Shown: positions 50,163-60,711, numbered from the stretch's first letter. The stretch is 64,000 nt of DNA from Desulfosoma sp. (GCA_037481835.1 JBBFKW010000017.1:1-64000); one strand, 5' to 3'. Notes: generated from the sequence alone by a model not told the origin. Program-made: numbers and translations.

Positions 50163-50732
50163 TCAGAATCGTTTCAAAATGGGCAGGGCCTTGCGAAACT
50201 GCGCCGTTCCGGCGCGGTTTAACCACTCGAAACAAACCATTTCCGTGGACGTGATCACGGCGCCGGCGCGATCGAGCCTCTGGAGGCCGATCTGCCAATT
50301 GTGCTCGCTGCGGCTCGTGACGGCATCGCTCACCACATGCACCGTATAGCCCAAGCGCACCCCGTGAGCCCCCGTGTGGAAGATGCACACGTGGGACTCG
50401 ATTCCGGCCAAGACCAGCGTCTTTCGCCCCGACCCTGACACGGCTCGGGCCATGGCCTCGTTTTCGAAGCAACTGAATTCCACTTTGTCCAAAATGACGG
50501 GATCGGCGACTTTGGCCGTGAGTTCGGGCAGAAACCCACCCAGTTTTTCCGCGTTGTGCTGGGAAAACAGCACGGGGATGTTCAGCACCGCGGCCATATC
50601 CAGCAGGGCGACGACATTGTTGACGACCCGATCTTTGTGGACGCACAAATCCAACATGACGCTTTGAAGATCCACGAGAAAGAGCAGGCTTTCTTCCGGA
50701 CGGATAAAACGGCCGTGCAGGTTTTGGCTCAT
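50163..50732 (-). CDS. Isochorismatase-family (YcaC-like) hydrolase
   Basis: LVDLQ, KVEFSC, GIESHVCIFHT, DAVTSR. Confidence 0.9.
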   Translation of the reverse strand: MSQNLHGRFIRPEESLLFLVDLQSVMLDLCVHKDRVVNNVVALLDMAAVLNIPVLFSQHNAEKLGGFLPELTAKVADPVILDKVEFSCFENEAMARAVSGSGRKTLVLAGIESHVCIFHTGAHGVRLGYTVHVVSDAVTSRSEHNWQIGLQRLDRAGAVITSTEMVCFEWLNRAGTAQFRKALPILKRF

Positions 50733-50769
50733 GGTGTCTCCTGTGTGCTGCGCCGTGGGGCGGAAAAGG

Positions 50770-50797
50770 GAAAGCCTGGAGAGCTCTCCAGGCTTTC
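50770..50797. terminator. Perfect 28-bp palindrome after fadL (terminator/stabiliser)
   Basis: GAAAGCCTGGAGAG-CTCTCCAGGCTTTC. Confidence 0.65.
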
Positions 50798-50821
50798 ATT
50801 TCGACCACCCCCGGCGATGTT

Positions 50822-52180
50822 CTAGAACTTGTAGGAAGCGCTGATCCCGATGAGGTGAGCGTCCCCGTTTTCAAACTTGGATTGATAGACGCCGTCGGCA
50901 AGGCGCGGCTCCACCGTACGTTCTTCGATCATGAGATACGTGTAGGAAAGATCCAGAGTCCATGCGTTCCAGTGGAAGCCGGTCCCGATGCCGAACATGT
51001 GCCGGTCGTTGGCCGGCACCAGGTAGTCCACCGTGGAATCGGGGATGGGCGATTCATCGAAAATGTAACTCGCGCGAAGGTCGAACCAATCGGTCACTTT
51101 ATATTCCGCCCCGATGCTCAGGCGCCACACGTCCATCCAGTTTTTCGCCTTGGTCACGCTCGTCACGCCCGGCAAAATGGCTTCGTCGTACTTGATGGTC
51201 AGATCTTTATAACTGCTCCAACCGGTCCAGATGGCTCCCAGCTCGATAAGCAGTCGGTCCATGGGGCGAATGCCCGCACCCAAAAAGAGCATATCCGGCA
51301 GCATGACACTGCCTTCGGCTCCGGTGTCGTTAAACCATGTGGCCGTGGCGGCAGCGAGGGGACCGGAGGTGAGGGCCGCTGGCTTGGTGAAATCGGCGTC
51401 CCCGTCGATGTGTTGTTTCACGTTGCTGTGATAGGACGCGCCCAGAGAAAGCCAGTCCGCCGGTTTCACGTGGAGCCCCAACGTGAAGCCGTACCCGAAG
51501 GTATCCCCCGTGAGCTTGCTCTTGACATCGAGGGCGCTCGTGGTGGGATCATTGATCCTCGTGGAATAGCCCAAAGCCGCCAAGGTCGAGCCCGCTCCGC
51601 CTCTGACGAAAGGCGCCGTGGCATCGATCTTCTGCTCCAGGGTGAGATCGAACCACATGACTTCGACGCCGGCGGCAACGGAGACCATGTCGTTGAGCTT
51701 CACCGCCACGTTGGGATTAAAAGACAGGGTTTGAATGACGGCGTTATAGTTGTTGTAGCGGCCCCACCAGTTCTTGTCGAATTCGGTGCCCAAGCCGAAG
51801 CGGGAATAAAGACCCGCCCCGAACCACAGTGCGTCCGAAAACTGATAGCTGGCATACAAGTGGGGCGGGATCCACACGTTGCTTTCCGCCGACTTGGTGT
51901 TGCTCTGCCCGGAATAGGGATTGACCGTCGTCACATCCGTCATGGGTGCAATAAAGGTGGCGCCGGCCATGACCTGTACGCCGGGAAGCTGCGTGATCCC
52001 CGCCGGGTTGAAAAACAAGGCCGAAACATCGTCAGCGCTTCCTGTGAGGTTTCCGCCCAAAGCATTGCCGCGGGCGCTGCCTTCATAGAGGGCAAAACCC
52101 GCCGCACCGGCCTGGGAGGCCACCATGAGGAGCAGCGCACCGAGCCCCAAAAAAGCCGCACACCAACGCTTTCCTTTCAT
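50822..52180 (-). CDS. fadL: FadL/OmpP1 family outer membrane transporter
   Basis: Signal peptide then AGFALYEGSA, FFNPAGIT, terminal SYKF; strong RBS. Confidence 0.9.
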   Translation of the reverse strand: MKGKRWCAAFLGLGALLLMVASQAGAAGFALYEGSARGNALGGNLTGSADDVSALFFNPAGITQLPGVQVMAGATFIAPMTDVTTVNPYSGQSNTKSAESNVWIPPHLYASYQFSDALWFGAGLYSRFGLGTEFDKNWWGRYNNYNAVIQTLSFNPNVAVKLNDMVSVAAGVEVMWFDLTLEQKIDATAPFVRGGAGSTLAALGYSTRINDPTTSALDVKSKLTGDTFGYGFTLGLHVKPADWLSLGASYHSNVKQHIDGDADFTKPAALTSGPLAAATATWFNDTGAEGSVMLPDMLFLGAGIRPMDRLLIELGAIWTGWSSYKDLTIKYDEAILPGVTSVTKAKNWMDVWRLSIGAEYKVTDWFDLRASYIFDESPIPDSTVDYLVPANDRHMFGIGTGFHWNAWTLDLSYTYLMIEERTVEPRLADGVYQSKFENGDAHLIGISASYKF

Positions 52181-52607
52181 CTCCTCCTCCTCGAAATGCC
52201 TAGAAGTTTCCGCAAAAGCCCCCTCTTCCCTTGGGAAGCCCGCCCAAGTCGGTTTGTCCTTTTTCGGACGAACTCCCACACCGTAAATCGCGCTCTCACC
52301 CCCTTTCCCTGAGGATCTCCCTTCTTCGGCCGATTCCCATAAAGCCCCAAGGGATCTCCGAGGACAAGGCCCGCTGCCCGCCACCCCGTGCCCCATCCGC
52401 CGTCGGGGTTGTCAACGGGCTCATTTTCGATCACATTGGAAGCCGTTGGCCCGGTGCGCTGCGGTGACATTGAAAGAAGAGGAACCCACGGACTTTTCGA
52501 CTACCGGGCAGAATCACCCTATCGAAGGCCTCAAAGGCGGTCAATGGGAAAGTGAAGAAAAGAACGCATCAAAGCCGGCGTTGTTCGCCAAAAATCAAGG
52601 AGAGGTC

Positions 52608-53978
52608 ATGACAAGAGCCGCTGGGTTGGCCCCTCGACCTTACCCCTTGAAAAATCCCATCCGCCACTACGACTGGGGAGAGCGGGGCCCATCGGCCTTT
52701 ATCGCCAAGCTCCTGGGCATCTCGGACCCGAAGCCGATCCCCTATGCGGAACTTTGGGTAGGAGCCCACCCGTCGGCACCGTCGCTGATCGTGCGGGATG
52801 AGGCGGATTTCATTACATTGAACGACGGGGTCCGGCTCTGGCCTCTCCAGATCCTGGGCCCTCGGGTCTCCGGCACCTTCAAAGAACAGTGGCCTTTCCT
52901 TCTCAAAATCCTTTCCGCAGCCGAAGCCCTGTCCATCCAGGCGCATCCGGACCGTTCCTTGGCCCCCCTCCTGCACGCCCAAAACCCCGATCATTACCCC
53001 GACGCCAACCACAAGCCGGAAATCGCCGTGGCCTTAGGGCGTTTCCAGGCCGTTGCGGGTTTTAAACCCGTGGACGGCTGGCAGGCCGTCTTAACCGCCT
53101 TTCCGGAAATCGCCGCCTTTATGGGCTGTGACATCCCCGCCCTGAAGGCCATGATGCCGAAAACCGCGTCGAAAGCCGAGGCGCCACCATGCGTTCCGGA
53201 TGGGTGTTCCGCCGAAACGTTTTGGCAGACCCCCAAAGCCTCCACGCTCCGAGAGGCCGAAGAATCCAAGGAAGCCCCTCGATCGCCATCCGCCGCGGAC
53301 TTCGTGAAAAACGCCTTCTCCCGCCTGCTCTTCAGAGCCTTAAAAGACCCCAAGGGGCTCGCTGACACAATTCATGCCACGGCACGGCGGATGGGTGACG
53401 CCCCGGAACCCTTTTCGGCCATGGCCGATCTTTTCCACGAACTCCTCGCCAAATACGGTCCCGAAGACGTGGGGCTTCTCGTGCTCCTCTTTCTCAATCC
53501 GGTGGAGCTGCTCCCGGGGCAGGCCGTCTTTCTCCCGCCGGGCCTTCCCCATGCGTACCTTCGGGGAAACATCGTGGAATGCATGGCCAATTCCGACAAC
53601 GTGGTGCGTCTCGGCCTGACCCCCAAGCACAAAGATTTCCACGCGATTCTTCAGGTTCTGCACTTCGATCCCGTGCTCCCCCCGGTGATGACGCCGCCCG
53701 AGCACACCCATACGGTCTATTCCGCCCCGTGCGCGGAATTCCAGGTCCACCGCTGGATCATCCAAGCCGGGCAAAGCCTTTCCATGGCCCGTTCCGACGG
53801 GCCGGAAGTGATCCTTGTCATCGAAGGGCGGGGGACGATCTTTTGGGGAGGAAGTGACCCCCCCAAGGAGCAGCGCTACGACAGGGGACAGAGCTTTCTC
53901 ATCCCGGCCTTGCTCACGGATTACGGCCTGGAGGCCCAAACGCGCACCCTGGCCTTCAGCGTGCGCGTTCCCCCATGA
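52608..53978 (+). CDS. manA: Mannose-6-phosphate isomerase, class I
   Basis: YDWG, AELWVGAHP, LSIQAHP, NHKPE, HAYLRG, ECMANSDNVVRLGLTPK. Confidence 0.92.
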   Translation: MTRAAGLAPRPYPLKNPIRHYDWGERGPSAFIAKLLGISDPKPIPYAELWVGAHPSAPSLIVRDEADFITLNDGVRLWPLQILGPRVSGTFKEQWPFLLKILSAAEALSIQAHPDRSLAPLLHAQNPDHYPDANHKPEIAVALGRFQAVAGFKPVDGWQAVLTAFPEIAAFMGCDIPALKAMMPKTASKAEAPPCVPDGCSAETFWQTPKASTLREAEESKEAPRSPSAADFVKNAFSRLLFRALKDPKGLADTIHATARRMGDAPEPFSAMADLFHELLAKYGPEDVGLLVLLFLNPVELLPGQAVFLPPGLPHAYLRGNIVECMANSDNVVRLGLTPKHKDFHAILQVLHFDPVLPPVMTPPEHTHTVYSAPCAEFQVHRWIIQAGQSLSMARSDGPEVILVIEGRGTIFWGGSDPPKEQRYDRGQSFLIPALLTDYGLEAQTRTLAFSVRVPP

Positions 53979-53985
53979 GCCCCCC

Positions 53986-54579
53986 TCAGGTTTTGACCAT
54001 GCCGTAGAGGAAAAGGTCGGCGATTTCCTGGGCGACCTCTTCCAAGGACAAGGATCCATGGGGCTTGAACCAGAAATAAAGCCAGTGGAGAGAACTGATG
54101 ATCGAAAAGGTCATCACGGTGGGGTTGATCGGCCGGATGATGCCCTGATCCATCAAGGAAAGGAGAAACGCCCGCAATTGGTGGACGTTTTCCTTTTCCT
54201 TGTCCAGAATGATGCGCTTCTTGTCTTCCGGCAGATACTCCATGTCGTGAAAGAGGATTTTGTTGAAGTTTTCGTTTTTGAGGTAGGTGCGCAGGTATTC
54301 GATGAGAATATCGGTGAGTTGCTCTTTGAGCGGCTTTCCGGAGCCGACGTTTCGAGCGATGGCCCGGCGCATGTTGCCCACCAGTTCGTCCGCCGCCTCC
54401 AGGCAGATCTTGAAAAGGATCTCCTCCTTGTTTTTGAAATGATGGTACAAGGCGGCCTTGCTGATCCCGACCCGCGCGGAGATCTCTCGAGTGCTGGCCG
54501 CCTCGTAGCCTTTTTCGTAAAAGAGCTGACGGGCGGCCTTGAGAATTTCGGCCGCCGTGTCCTTCCTTTCGTCTTTCAC
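53986..54579 (-). CDS. TetR/AcrR family regulator (KstR2-like C-terminus)
   Basis: ILKAARQLFYEKGYEAASTREISARVGISKAALYHHFKNKEEIL; WLYFWFKPHGSLS. Confidence 0.92.
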   Translation of the reverse strand: MKDERKDTAAEILKAARQLFYEKGYEAASTREISARVGISKAALYHHFKNKEEILFKICLEAADELVGNMRRAIARNVGSGKPLKEQLTDILIEYLRTYLKNENFNKILFHDMEYLPEDKKRIILDKEKENVHQLRAFLLSLMDQGIIRPINPTVMTFSIISSLHWLYFWFKPHGSLSLEEVAQEIADLFLYGMVKT

Positions 54580-54604
54580 CCGACGCCCGCCTTGTCGTGG
54601 AGGG

Positions 54605-55756
54605 TTAGCCCTTGGTGTGTTCCTTGAGCACGATCTTGGCGATCGTGAGTTTTTCCGCTTCCTTGGTTCCCTCGTAGATTTCCAGGATCTTGGCATCTCG
54701 GTAGTAGCGCTGCACGTCGTATTCGTCGATATAGCCGTAGCCGCCGTGCAGTTGCAAGGCCTTGTCCGCCACCCACACGGCCGTTTCCCCGGCATAATAC
54801 TTGGCCATGGCACTGAGCTTGGGATCGATTCGCCCCTGATCCACCAGCCATGCGGCCTTGTAGGTGAGCGTGCGGGCGAGTTCGATGCGGGTGGCCATTT
54901 CCGCCAGCTGGAACTGGACGCCTTGGAAATTGGCCAGAGGCTGGCCGAAAGCGGTGCGTTCCTGGACGTACTGCGCGGCCTTGTCCAAGGCCCCCTGAGC
55001 CAGCCCGACCCCTTGACCGGCCACCATGGCCCGGGTGGTGTTGAAAAAGTCCATGAGCTGGTAGAAGCCGTTGCCTTCCTGGCCCACGAGGTTTTCCACC
55101 GGAACTTTTACGTCTTCGAAGCTGATTTCCGCCGTGTCGCTGGCGCGGATCCCCATCTTGCCGTGAATCTTGTTGCGGGTGATCCCGGGGGATGAGGCGT
55201 CCACGATGAGCAAGCTGAAGCGCTTATGGCGCGGCGCGTCCGGATTGGTCACACAGAAGACGCAGAAATAGTCGCAGATGGTGCCGTTGGTGATGAACAT
55301 CTTTTGACCGTTGAGGATGTAGTGGTCGCCGTCGCGCACCGCCCGCGTGCGGATGCCGGCCACGTCCGTGCCCGCATTGGGTTCCGTGTAGGCGCCGGCG
55401 AAAATGATTTCGCCGCTGACGATCTTGGGCAGGTACGTCTTCTTTTGCTCTTCGGAACCGTAGAGATAGATGTTTTCCGATCCGAAGCCGGCGGCCGTGA
55501 TGAGCCCGATGCCCATGTCGATCCGGCTGAACTGTTCCGTGATGATGGTGTTGCCCAAAAAGCCCGCGCCCGGTCCCCCGTATTCCTCGGGAACCCAGGC
55601 TCCGATGAAACCATATTCGCAGGCTTTCTTCCACACCTCGCGCGGATACTTCTCTTCTCGGTCGCATGCCTTGGACACGGGCGTGAATTCCCGCACGGCG
55701 AACTTGTAAGCCTCTTCTTTCAAAATCTTCAGTTCCTCGGGCAGATCGAAATTCAT
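54605..55756 (-). CDS. Acyl-CoA dehydrogenase
   Basis: TEPNAGTD, NGQKMFITNG, QLHGGYGY, IYEGT catalytic Glu. Confidence 0.95.
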   Translation of the reverse strand: MNFDLPEELKILKEEAYKFAVREFTPVSKACDREEKYPREVWKKACEYGFIGAWVPEEYGGPGAGFLGNTIITEQFSRIDMGIGLITAAGFGSENIYLYGSEEQKKTYLPKIVSGEIIFAGAYTEPNAGTDVAGIRTRAVRDGDHYILNGQKMFITNGTICDYFCVFCVTNPDAPRHKRFSLLIVDASSPGITRNKIHGKMGIRASDTAEISFEDVKVPVENLVGQEGNGFYQLMDFFNTTRAMVAGQGVGLAQGALDKAAQYVQERTAFGQPLANFQGVQFQLAEMATRIELARTLTYKAAWLVDQGRIDPKLSAMAKYYAGETAVWVADKALQLHGGYGYIDEYDVQRYYRDAKILEIYEGTKEAEKLTIAKIVLKEHTKG

Positions 55757-55775
55757 AGGGGCCTCCTTGGAAGAT

Positions 55776-56921
55776 TCAAATGAGCTGCATGCGCTTGGCG
55801 ACAATGAGCTTCATCACTTCGGTCGTCCCCGCGAAAATGGGGATGGGCCGAACATCCCGGTAGAAGCGGCTGATGGGGTATTCCTCCATGTAGCCGTAGC
55901 CGCCGTGGAGTTGGACGCACCGGTAGGCCACCCGGTTGGCCATTTCCGCAATCCAGGCCTTGCCCATGGACACATCGGTGACGATATCCTTGCCGGCCAT
56001 GTGATCCGCAACAAGCCGGTCCAGGAAGGTGCGGCCCAGCTTCACTTCCGTGGCCATGTCCACGATCTTGAAGGCGTTGTGCTGGAAAGAGGCGATGGGG
56101 CGGCCGAATGCGGTGCGGCCCCGGGCGTACTCGATGGTCATGGCGAGCATGGCTTCGGCCATGGCCTGGGCCATGATGCACGCCATGAGCCGTTCCTGCT
56201 GCAGGTGGTCCATCATGTGGTAAAAACCGCGGTTGAGATGGCCGAGAAGGTTTTCTTCAGGGACTCGGCAGTCATCGAAAATGAGCTCCGCCGTGTCTTG
56301 CGCGTGCAGGCCCATCTTCTTTAAATTCCGACCCCTGTGAAAGCCCGGAGCCCCCCGCTCCACAGCGATGAGGCTGATGCCCTTGGCCCCCGAGTCGGCT
56401 GATCCCGTGCGGCACGCGACAATGACCACATCCGCCAGGATTCCGTTGGAAATGAAAGTCTTTTGGCCGTTGATTACCCAATGGTTTCCATCCTTTTCGG
56501 CTCGGGTGCGGATCGCGGCCAAGTCGGAACCCGTGTTGGGTTCGGTCATGGCCACCGCCAAGATGATCTCCCCCCGGGCCGCTCCGGGAAGCCACCGCCT
56601 TTTTTGCTCTTCCGTCCCCAAGGCAGCGATGTAAGGGGCCACAATGTCGCTGTGAAGCGGCGCCATGAGGCTCACCGCACCCGCTTTGGCCAATTCTTCC
56701 GCGATAATCACCGAATAGAGAAAGTCGGCGCCACTTCCGCCGTATTGTTCAGGAACCCACGGGCACAAGAAACCCGCTTCCCCCATGGCCCGCCACACAT
56801 CCCGGGAAACGATCCCCTCTTCTTCCCATTGGTCCATGTGCGGCACAACGTGGCGATCCACGAAGCGCCGGAACGACTCCCGGAAGATGTGGTGCTCTTC
56901 CCGATAAAAATCCGCCATCAT
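55776..56921 (-). CDS. Acyl-CoA dehydrogenase (LCAD-like)
   Basis: AMTEPNTGSDL, LQQERL, QLHGGYGY, IFAGT (catalytic Glu at the LCAD position). Confidence 0.94.
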   Translation of the reverse strand: MMADFYREEHHIFRESFRRFVDRHVVPHMDQWEEEGIVSRDVWRAMGEAGFLCPWVPEQYGGSGADFLYSVIIAEELAKAGAVSLMAPLHSDIVAPYIAALGTEEQKRRWLPGAARGEIILAVAMTEPNTGSDLAAIRTRAEKDGNHWVINGQKTFISNGILADVVIVACRTGSADSGAKGISLIAVERGAPGFHRGRNLKKMGLHAQDTAELIFDDCRVPEENLLGHLNRGFYHMMDHLQQERLMACIMAQAMAEAMLAMTIEYARGRTAFGRPIASFQHNAFKIVDMATEVKLGRTFLDRLVADHMAGKDIVTDVSMGKAWIAEMANRVAYRCVQLHGGYGYMEEYPISRFYRDVRPIPIFAGTTEVMKLIVAKRMQLI

Positions 56922-56959
56922 TGCCCCCTCGACCTGCCCAGCGCCCCCCCTTATGCCTT

Positions 56960-56974
56960 ACCGGACGCTCGTTC
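56960..56974. promoter_or_regulatory. Candidate TetR operator 2
   Basis: ACCGGACGCTCGTTC, 13/15 identical to 63431-63445; overlaps a minus-strand TTGACG. Confidence 0.45.
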
Positions 56975-57022
56975 GTCAACGCACGAATCCTCAACCGAAG
57001 CTCCCATCATCCCTTCGCGATC

Positions 57023-57859
57023 CTAGACCACCTCGGCCAGGGCGTGAGAAAGGACGATGGAGCGTTCCGTGGCCGCTTCGATGGCGTATCGGCCGTCTTC
57101 CAAGAGCCAACCGCGCGTGGTGATGGTATCCCCCGGATAGACCACGTCGGCGAACCGCACCTGAAACGCCTTGAAGCGCGACACGTCCCCGCCGCACGCC
57201 CCTTGGAGGATGGCTCTGACGGCAAACCCGAAGGTGCACAGCCCGTGAAGGATCGGTCTCGGAAATCCCGCAGCTTCCGCCGCCTTGGGATCGATGTGGA
57301 GTGGGTTCACATCGCCGGAGAGGCGATAGAGGGCCGCCTGGTCTTGGGTCGTCTTGTAAGACACCTCAAAATCGGGACTCCTGTCCTTGGGCACCGGAAC
57401 CGCTTCCGCCTTGGGACCAGGGTCGCCCCCCCATCCCCCGAGACCCCGGCAGAAAAGGCTCATGCGCGTTGCACACACGAGAGCGCCTTTTTCGTCCGTG
57501 CTTTCCGTTTCCAAGACCACCAGAGCCGCTTTTTTCTTGTCGTAAATCCCGGCGACTTTCACCGTGCTCAAAAGCTTTCCCCGGGAAGGCAGGGGCGCGT
57601 AAAGCCGGACGGCTTCCTCCCCGTGCAGCACCGTTTTGAGATCGATCTTGAGTTTTTCCAGGACCTCGAAAAACGGGTGAAACACGGGGATCACCGCATA
57701 GGACGGGCAAACCTTGAGGCCTCCTTCCGCACGTTCGTAGACGTAATCCAGATCCGAAGCGCCGAAACCAATTCCAAGATGATACAGGATAATGTCGCGC
57801 CAATGCATCCGGTGTTCGAAAGGCCCAATGGTAAGGCCCACTTGGTTGACGTCGATCAT
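57023..57859 (-). CDS. MaoC-type (R)-specific enoyl-CoA hydratase 2 (double hot-dog)
   Basis: VLHGEE, hydratase-2 motif YRLSGDVNPLHIDP, ILHGLCTFG. Confidence 0.92.
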   Translation of the reverse strand: MIDVNQVGLTIGPFEHRMHWRDIILYHLGIGFGASDLDYVYERAEGGLKVCPSYAVIPVFHPFFEVLEKLKIDLKTVLHGEEAVRLYAPLPSRGKLLSTVKVAGIYDKKKAALVVLETESTDEKGALVCATRMSLFCRGLGGWGGDPGPKAEAVPVPKDRSPDFEVSYKTTQDQAALYRLSGDVNPLHIDPKAAEAAGFPRPILHGLCTFGFAVRAILQGACGGDVSRFKAFQVRFADVVYPGDTITTRGWLLEDGRYAIEAATERSIVLSHALAEVV

Positions 57860-57965
57860 ATCACTCCCCCTTTCTCTCTTTGACTGAAGAGGCTCGCAGG
57901 CCGCGGAGCCCCCCCTCCCGTAGCGACCTGCCATGGCCGCGCCCTCGCGACACCCCCCAGCCTTC

Positions 57966-58037
57966 TTTTTACGAAGGTCGCGGCCCGAATCTGGGAGGGC
58001 AGGACTTTCATGCTTCGCTGTCTCGCCCCGCGCGATC
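57966..58037. repeat. Partial copy of the dispersed MITE-like repeat
   Basis: AGGGCAGGACTTTCATGCTTCGCTGTCTCGCCCCGCGCGAT matches 63565-63600 and 63657-63690. Confidence 0.55.
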
Positions 58038-58080
58038 CGGGTTATGGCCAGCGCCCGATCCCCGCCTCGCGACCTTCCTC

Positions 58081-58905
58081 CTACCATCCTCCGGTCACCT
58101 TGATCACCTGCCCGGAGACGTAATCCGATAGGGGCGACGCCAAAAACAGCATGACCCGGGCGGCTTCTTCGGGCGTTCCCGGCCGTCCCAGGGGGATCAT
58201 CATGCGAAAGGCCTCCAGTTGGTTCTTGGGCACACCGATGGCGATCTTCTTACCGTCCTTTTCCAAAACCGTGTCTTCCGCCTTCGGTTGGGTGAGCCGC
58301 GTCTCGATCCAGCCGTAGGCCACGGCGTTCACGTTCACGTTCAAACGGCCCCATTCCTTGGCCAAGGTCTTCGTAAAGCCCAGGATGCCCGATTTGGCCG
58401 TCGAGTAATTGGCCTGGCCGGCGTTGCCGTCCGTTCCGGCCACAGAACTCACGTTAATGATCTTGCGCATGACGACGCGGCCTTGTTCCGCTTCCTTCTT
58501 GGCGTTTTCGCGGATGTAGGGTGCCGCCGCCCGAATGATTCGAAAGGGCGCCGTACAGTGCACCTTGAGCATGGCCTCCCATTGTTCGTCGGTCATCTTG
58601 TGCACCACGCCGTCCCAGGTGTAGCCGGCGTTGTTGACGATGATGTGGATGTCCGGCCCGAAGGCGTCGACGGCCGCTTGGACGAACTTTTCCGCAAAGC
58701 CGTCGGCGGTCACATCCCCCACCACGGCAACGGCCTCCCCGCCTCGATCCCTAATGTTCTGCACCACTTCGTGCACCGGGCCGGGATCCAGATCGCTCAA
58801 AACCAGCTTGGCCCCTTCCGCCGAAAAAAGCAACGCCGCCGCGCGGCCGATCCCCCGGCCCGCTCCCGTGATCAGACACACCCTTCCTTCCAGCATCTTC
58901 TCCAT
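58081..58905 (-). CDS. SDR family 3-oxoacyl-CoA/ACP reductase
   Basis: TGAGRGIG, VNNAG, NVSS, GQANYSTAK. Confidence 0.93.
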   Translation of the reverse strand: MEKMLEGRVCLITGAGRGIGRAAALLFSAEGAKLVLSDLDPGPVHEVVQNIRDRGGEAVAVVGDVTADGFAEKFVQAAVDAFGPDIHIIVNNAGYTWDGVVHKMTDEQWEAMLKVHCTAPFRIIRAAAPYIRENAKKEAEQGRVVMRKIINVSSVAGTDGNAGQANYSTAKSGILGFTKTLAKEWGRLNVNVNAVAYGWIETRLTQPKAEDTVLEKDGKKIAIGVPKNQLEAFRMMIPLGRPGTPEEAARVMLFLASPLSDYVSGQVIKVTGGW

Positions 58906-59030
58906 GGATTCTCCCTCCTTGTTCGACCCCAATGATGCTCCTTTCACTCCAAGAAGCATTCATGTGGGGTCGGCTCATCGAAAAATGACGCAGATTTTTG
59001 TTCGCGGTCAGAGCCTCCCTGCATAGCCGC

Positions 59031-60686
59031 TTAAGCTCCGATCTTTTTTCGGATGTCCCGGCGCAGTTCTTTTTTGAGAATCTTCCCCACGGGGTTTCGC
59101 GGGATGGCCTCCACCACCTCCAACCGTTCGGGCAATTTGTACGTCGCCACCCCCTGTTCCCTCATGTAGGCCGTGATGCTTTCCATCGTGACCGTCTGGC
59201 CGGGTTTGGGCACCACATAAACGCAGGTGCGCTCCCCCAGGTTTTCGTCGGGCATGCCCACCGCCGCCACATCCTGGACGGCGGGATGCGCCAAAAGGAC
59301 GTTTTCCACTTCCTGGGCGCTGATGTTGTAGCCGCCTCGGATGATGATGTCCTTGGCCCGTTCGAAAAACTTCAGGTATCGGTCTCCGGCGATCTGGAAA
59401 AGATCCCCCGTGCGGAAGTAGCCTTCCGCATCGAAAGCCTGGGCGTTCAGATCCGGCCTTTTGAAGTAACCGGGGATCACGTTGGGGCCGCGGTAGAGCA
59501 GCTCGCCCACGGCGCCGTCTTCGCTCAGTTCCGACCCGTCGGGACCCACCACCTTTGTTTGGACGAACCGGGCCATGGGGGTGGACCATTCCACGCCGGG
59601 AGCCCCGTATCGGGGCAGGTGGTCGACGCGGATCTTCATGTCCGGCACTTCCCGAACCCCGGAAACCAAGGCGGTGCCTTCGTTTTGGCCCCAGATGTTC
59701 CCAATGTCCACGTTCCAGCGCCTCTTGAATTCTTCCATGGACCACAGGGACGGCGGCGCGGACCCCACAGTGATGACACGGACGGAACTGAGATCCACCC
59801 CTTGGGCGGCCGGATGCTTGAGGATGAGGTTCACCACGGCGGGCACGAGCAAGGTGTACTGGATCTGTTCCTGCACCATCTGCTTCAAGAGCAGCTGGGG
59901 ATCGAAGGGATGGTGCAGGATCACCGTGCCGCCGAAGCGCAGCCACGGCACGTAAACCGTCCCGACGGAGGCCATATTGACCAAAGGGCCGGCCGTGAGC
60001 ATGACATCGCCGGGCTCCATGCCGCTGGCCAGAGCCACGGCCGCCTGGCATCGCCAGTTGTTGTGGCTCAAGGGACAGCCTTTGGGCTGGGCTTCGGTCC
60101 CCGACGTCCAACAGAGCGTGAAGATGTCGTCCGCATCCACGCGGATTGCGCTGAGAGCGGGATCCGGCTTTTCTTGGATCATGCGCCGCACATCTTCGTA
60201 GGTGTAGATTTTCTTTAAGGTCGGCACCTTCCGGGCGACCTCTTCGGCCATGGCCCGATGGCCGAAGCCGTGAAACGTGTTCACCGTGATCATGGCCTTG
60301 GCCTGGGTCAATTCGGCGACGTAGGTGATTTCCTTGGCGCGCCATTGCATGGGCATGGGGGAAATCACGGCGCCGGCCCGAGCGACGGCGAGGTAGAGCA
60401 TGGCCAGTTCCCAGCAATTGGGAAGCTGCACGAGCACGATGTCGTCCTTGTCGATGCCTTCGGCTCGCAATGCTGAAGCCGTCGCTTCCACAGCCCTGTC
60501 GAAATCGGCGTAGCGCACCCGTTCCGGAGCCGTCCCGACGAGGGCTTCCTTATTGAGGGGGTCCACGACGGCGGTGCGTTCCGGTGTCGTGCGGGCGTGC
60601 TGCTTGAAGTCGTCCAACAGCGCGCGGGCGCCCCAGCATCCCTTGGTGGTGTATTCCAAGATCCGTTCGGGAGAAGCGAGAATCAT
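59031..60686 (-). CDS. Class I adenylate-forming acyl-CoA ligase
   Basis: WTSGTEAQPKG, WGQNEG, YFRTGD, IIRGGYNIS, PVGKILK. Confidence 0.93.
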   Translation of the reverse strand: MILASPERILEYTTKGCWGARALLDDFKQHARTTPERTAVVDPLNKEALVGTAPERVRYADFDRAVEATASALRAEGIDKDDIVLVQLPNCWELAMLYLAVARAGAVISPMPMQWRAKEITYVAELTQAKAMITVNTFHGFGHRAMAEEVARKVPTLKKIYTYEDVRRMIQEKPDPALSAIRVDADDIFTLCWTSGTEAQPKGCPLSHNNWRCQAAVALASGMEPGDVMLTAGPLVNMASVGTVYVPWLRFGGTVILHHPFDPQLLLKQMVQEQIQYTLLVPAVVNLILKHPAAQGVDLSSVRVITVGSAPPSLWSMEEFKRRWNVDIGNIWGQNEGTALVSGVREVPDMKIRVDHLPRYGAPGVEWSTPMARFVQTKVVGPDGSELSEDGAVGELLYRGPNVIPGYFKRPDLNAQAFDAEGYFRTGDLFQIAGDRYLKFFERAKDIIIRGGYNISAQEVENVLLAHPAVQDVAAVGMPDENLGERTCVYVVPKPGQTVTMESITAYMREQGVATYKLPERLEVVEAIPRNPVGKILKKELRRDIRKKIGA

Positions 60687-60711
60687 GGTGTCCTCCTTGG
60701 CGAGGAAACGT

